From: the human T2T-CHM13v2.0 reference genome, Homo sapiens
Assembly (NCBI RefSeq): GCF_009914755.1
Contig: NC_060928.1
DNA length: 64,000 bases
Direction: 5' to 3' (one strand)
The notes under the pieces are model-generated. The model searched no databases, was not told the origin of the DNA, and saw only the letters and a program-made list of their open reading frames with translations. Below, piece by piece: positions 61,001-64,000 of the stretch. A program made the position numbers and the translations under genes. The stretch's first letter is position 1. Every line of letters begins with the position of its first letter.

Positions 61001-61178
61001 TGTATGACAGGATGCAAAAATGGAATTCCTTTTCTCTAGGATTCCACTGAGAGTCTAAGATCATTTATGTGTCAACTTCCTCATTTGCAAAGGAGTTAGA
61101 AAAAGAATCACTTTTTTATTTACTCTTGCATGGGCAAGTACTAAAGTTGAAGATGGAAATTTATTTGGAAATTGGAGG

Positions 61179-61953
61179 TGCTAAAGCAAAATATCCAGGA
61201 GGCCATTAGCCTGGGGTTGGTTCTGTACCTGGAACACTTACACAGGCAAACCAAAGTTCAACTTGGAAGCATTTCTTGAAACTGATTATTATTATTTTTT
61301 TGGGGGGGGGTTGGGAGTGGTGGGGGGGAGACAACAACCAATAATCAGCCAATCAGAAACAGCCAACTAGCAACCAGTCACAACCAACTAGCAACCAATC
61401 AGTGAACTAGCAACCATTCACAAACAACCAACTAGCAACCAATCACAAACAGCCAACTAGCAACCAATCACAAACAGCTAAGTAACAACCAGACACCAGC
61501 AGCCAACTAATGATTAATTATAAAAAGCCAACCAGCAACCAATCACGAGTAGCAAACCAGTAAGCGGTCACTAACAATCAACTAGTAGTCAATCACAAAC
61601 GGCCAACTGGGAACCAATCTCAAACACCCAGCCACAAACAGCTAATTAGCAACCAATCACAGGCAGCCAACTAGTACTCTATCACAAGCAGCCAACTAGC
61701 AACTGGTCACACACAGCCAACTAGCTGTTAGTTATGTAAGTAGGGACTTTTCACAAGATCATACTCAAATGAGGCCTGGCTGGAGTCAGTTGAGTAATTC
61801 CTTTGTTTTCATGGTCAGCCTGCAAAAGCTTGCTGTTCAGTCTGCTGGAGCAGAGCTCTCTGCATCTCTTCTGTGTCTGAGTGCTGCCCGATTGCTGAAT
61901 GCCTTAATGCTCAAACTCTGTAAAATTTATTTTGTCTAAACTTTTTCCTTTCA
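61179..61953 (+). mobile_element. ERV1 solo LTR (MER57/MER93-like)
   Basis: Start TGCTAAAG..GGAGGCCATTAG; end AAACTCTGTAAAATTTATTTTGTCTAAACTTTTTCCTTTCA. Confidence 0.65.
61335..61725. repeat. Degenerate 25-bp tandem array (CAACCAATCACAAACAGCCAACTAG) inside an LTR
   Basis: Roughly 15 imperfect copies visible, 8 intact CCAAT. Confidence 0.85.
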
Positions 61954-62299
61954 TGGAAACTTTCTTTGGAAAGAGTAACTTGAGCACCTGGGTCCCTAAA
62001 TCTCCCTTCTCTGGGAGAAGGATGGGTGTACTGTCCCCTCACATCATGCCTGGTAAGAGGAGCTCCAGGCCCCTGCTACAGCTGACTGTGCGTCCATGGA
62101 GCTTGTGGTTACACAGTGGAGCAGTGCCTGCCTCACAGCTGAGAAGAGCCAACAACCCGGCTCCAGTGATCTGAAATACATGACCAACACTAAATTTTGT
62201 GTATTTGCCACAACTGCTTGAAAGAATCATTTAGAATGGTGTCACAGGTCCTGAGAATAGAGATGATGACTGAAGAGGGTTGTGGACAAGATGTAAGGA

Positions 62300-62590
62300 C
62301 ATAAGTAGAGGGCAGAGAGGACACAAGATGCCACGCTCCTGGCTGTGAAGATAGGGTAAGGGACCACAAGCCAAGAAATGCAGGCAGCCTCTAGCGGCCG
62401 GAAAAGGCATGGAAACAGCTCCTTCGCTTATCTTCCAGAAGGAATGCAGGACTGCCTACACCTAATCTTAATCGAGTCAAAATAATGTCAGACTTCTGAG
62501 ACCTCCAGAACTGCGAGATAATAAATTTGTGTTGTTTTAAAACCACAGAAGGCGTGGTGATTTGTTAGCCCAGCTATAGAACACTTAACA
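62300..62590 (+). mobile_element. MLT1C/D MaLR LTR 3' half
   Basis: CACAAGCCAAGAAATGCAGGCAGCCTCTAG..ACCTCCAGAACTG..AATAAATTTGTGTTGTTTTAA. Confidence 0.8.
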
Positions 62591-63549
62591 CGAATCAAGG
62601 GTGGAAGCAGAGGAGAAGGGGAAGAAGGGGGAAAGACCTTCAATTCGTCTTGGAAAGTAAGGCTCACAGTCAACTGCACACTGAGTACAAATTTACCTCC
62701 AGGGACTGAGGCCAACCTAGCTCAGGACCAGGGCAAAAGCACCTTGAAGTGCTGAGACCAGTCTCATCATATCACCACCAATAGCACAGGGAGGCTCAAT
62801 TCCAGCAGACACACCCTGTGACTCCATTGATGACACAGTCTGTCTGCAATTGGCAAACTCTTCTTTGTCTGTGAGTAAAATGATGTTGTTTACAAGCAAA
62901 GTTGAAAGCATGAAAGATTTTCGATAAACTCCTCAGGGCTCATTACAATTGGAATCAATTTTATGCACTCTGGTTTGGGTAGCATCCTTCTATGATTAGA
63001 GGGTGGATGCCAAGCAGCCTATCGTGTTAAAAATAGGAAAAAGACTATAGGATTGTCTAAGCAGAGTGGAAAAACAGGCTGAAAGAGTTCAGTGGGTTTG
63101 TGTAACTTTGTCTTGTAACAAAGTCAGCAAGTGAAAAGCTAGGGAAGGTTTTTTCCTCCTCTTCTGCCTCAATTTTCTTTTTTTTTCTGCCTGAATTTGA
63201 ATATAGATTTCATCTATTTAAACAGAAATACAGTCTATCCTCTTTGTATACTGATCTCTTGTATTCCCCGCTTCTTCACTTTTGTTTCTTCCTCATTACT
63301 TACAAGCAGGATGGAAGTCAGGTAGAGCCGACTGCATTCCAAGTCCTTCACTTTCTCTTCGGGTAGCTGGGCCCTGGGTCTGGCATCTTGTGAATGTAAA
63401 ATGAAGGTTGCCTTTTGTCTGGTCCTTCTTTCGTATAACAGATCATAGTGATTGGCACTCGTCACACACACATTTTTATTCCAGAGTATAGTCTCAGAAA
63501 ATCCTGCTGAAGGTTCAAGCCAAGAAGACACTTCTATGCCAATTAATCC

Positions 63550-63875
63550 TAAAACCACCCTTGCATAATTATAAATAATGAGAGAACTCTAACATGACCA
63601 ACTCCATCTTGCTTTTAACCTTAACTGCTCACTTGTTTTTGTTTTGCTTATTATAGTAGAGAGACCAATAAAACTATGAGAGGAATGTAGTCATAGTTAA
63701 ACTTGGAGTCAAGGGAAACTGATCCCCTTTCTTGTCTGGAGATTAAAGGTACATTCATAAAACAAAATTAGAATTATGGTAGGGGATTAAACTTCGCTAA
63801 GGACTAGGAAGCATTAATGACTTGCCATTGCTTAGTGATTATTAAACTCTTTCTTTGCTGCAATAACTGTTGTTC
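63550..63875 (+). mobile_element. LTR8-like ERV1 LTR, 5' part
   Basis: AAAACCACCCTTGCATAATTAT..TCTAACATGACCAACTCCATCTTGCTTTTAACC resembles the LTR8 5' end. Confidence 0.6.
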
Positions 63876-63878
63876 TTG

Positions 63879-64000
63879 GGCCAGGCAGGGATGGCTCATG
63901 CCTGGAATCTCAGCACTGTAGCAGGCCAAGGCAGGAGGATCACTTGAGCCCAGGAATTGGGGACTAGCCTGGGCAACATAGTGAGACCTCGTTTCTACAA
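63879..64000 (+). mobile_element. AluJ/FLAM left arm (cut by window end)
   Basis: Alu consensus. Confidence 0.88.

Noticed and set aside
63235-63558. 107-aa minus-strand ORF as a processed pseudogene
   Set aside because: No recognisable protein family, TSD or clear poly(A); a BLASTX search would be needed

Overview
Primate (human-like) genomic DNA, not prokaryotic. The window holds one complete protein-coding gene, TRIML1 (+ strand; six coding exons 31239-39047 that splice with GT-AG boundaries into 1407 nt = 468 aa: RING, vestigial B-box, coiled coil, PRY/SPRY; AATAAA at 39147). From established knowledge this is the 4q35.2 TRIML2/TRIML1 locus, and a possible minus-strand first exon/promoter of TRIML2 lies near 927-1350 (inference only). 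About 60 Alus make up roughly 30% of the window and explain most short ORFs in the track. Also present: L1/L2 fragments, ERVL/MaLR/ERV1 solo LTRs, Tigger-family DNA transposons, a U6 retrocopy and three tandem arrays: a 3.2-kb G-rich 24-bp minisatellite, a 50-bp CpG-rich array with a strictly alternating variant, and a 25-bp CCAAT array inside an LTR. I found no convincing new biological system. The best leads are the three arrays, a (TG)n/TACTAAC acceptor on TRIML1 exon 3, L2 DNA nested inside a younger MER2, a 45-bp palindrome and a candidate upstream exon. Repeat family names come from my recall of consensus sequences and need RepeatMasker/Dfam confirmation. Repeat boundaries are approximate.
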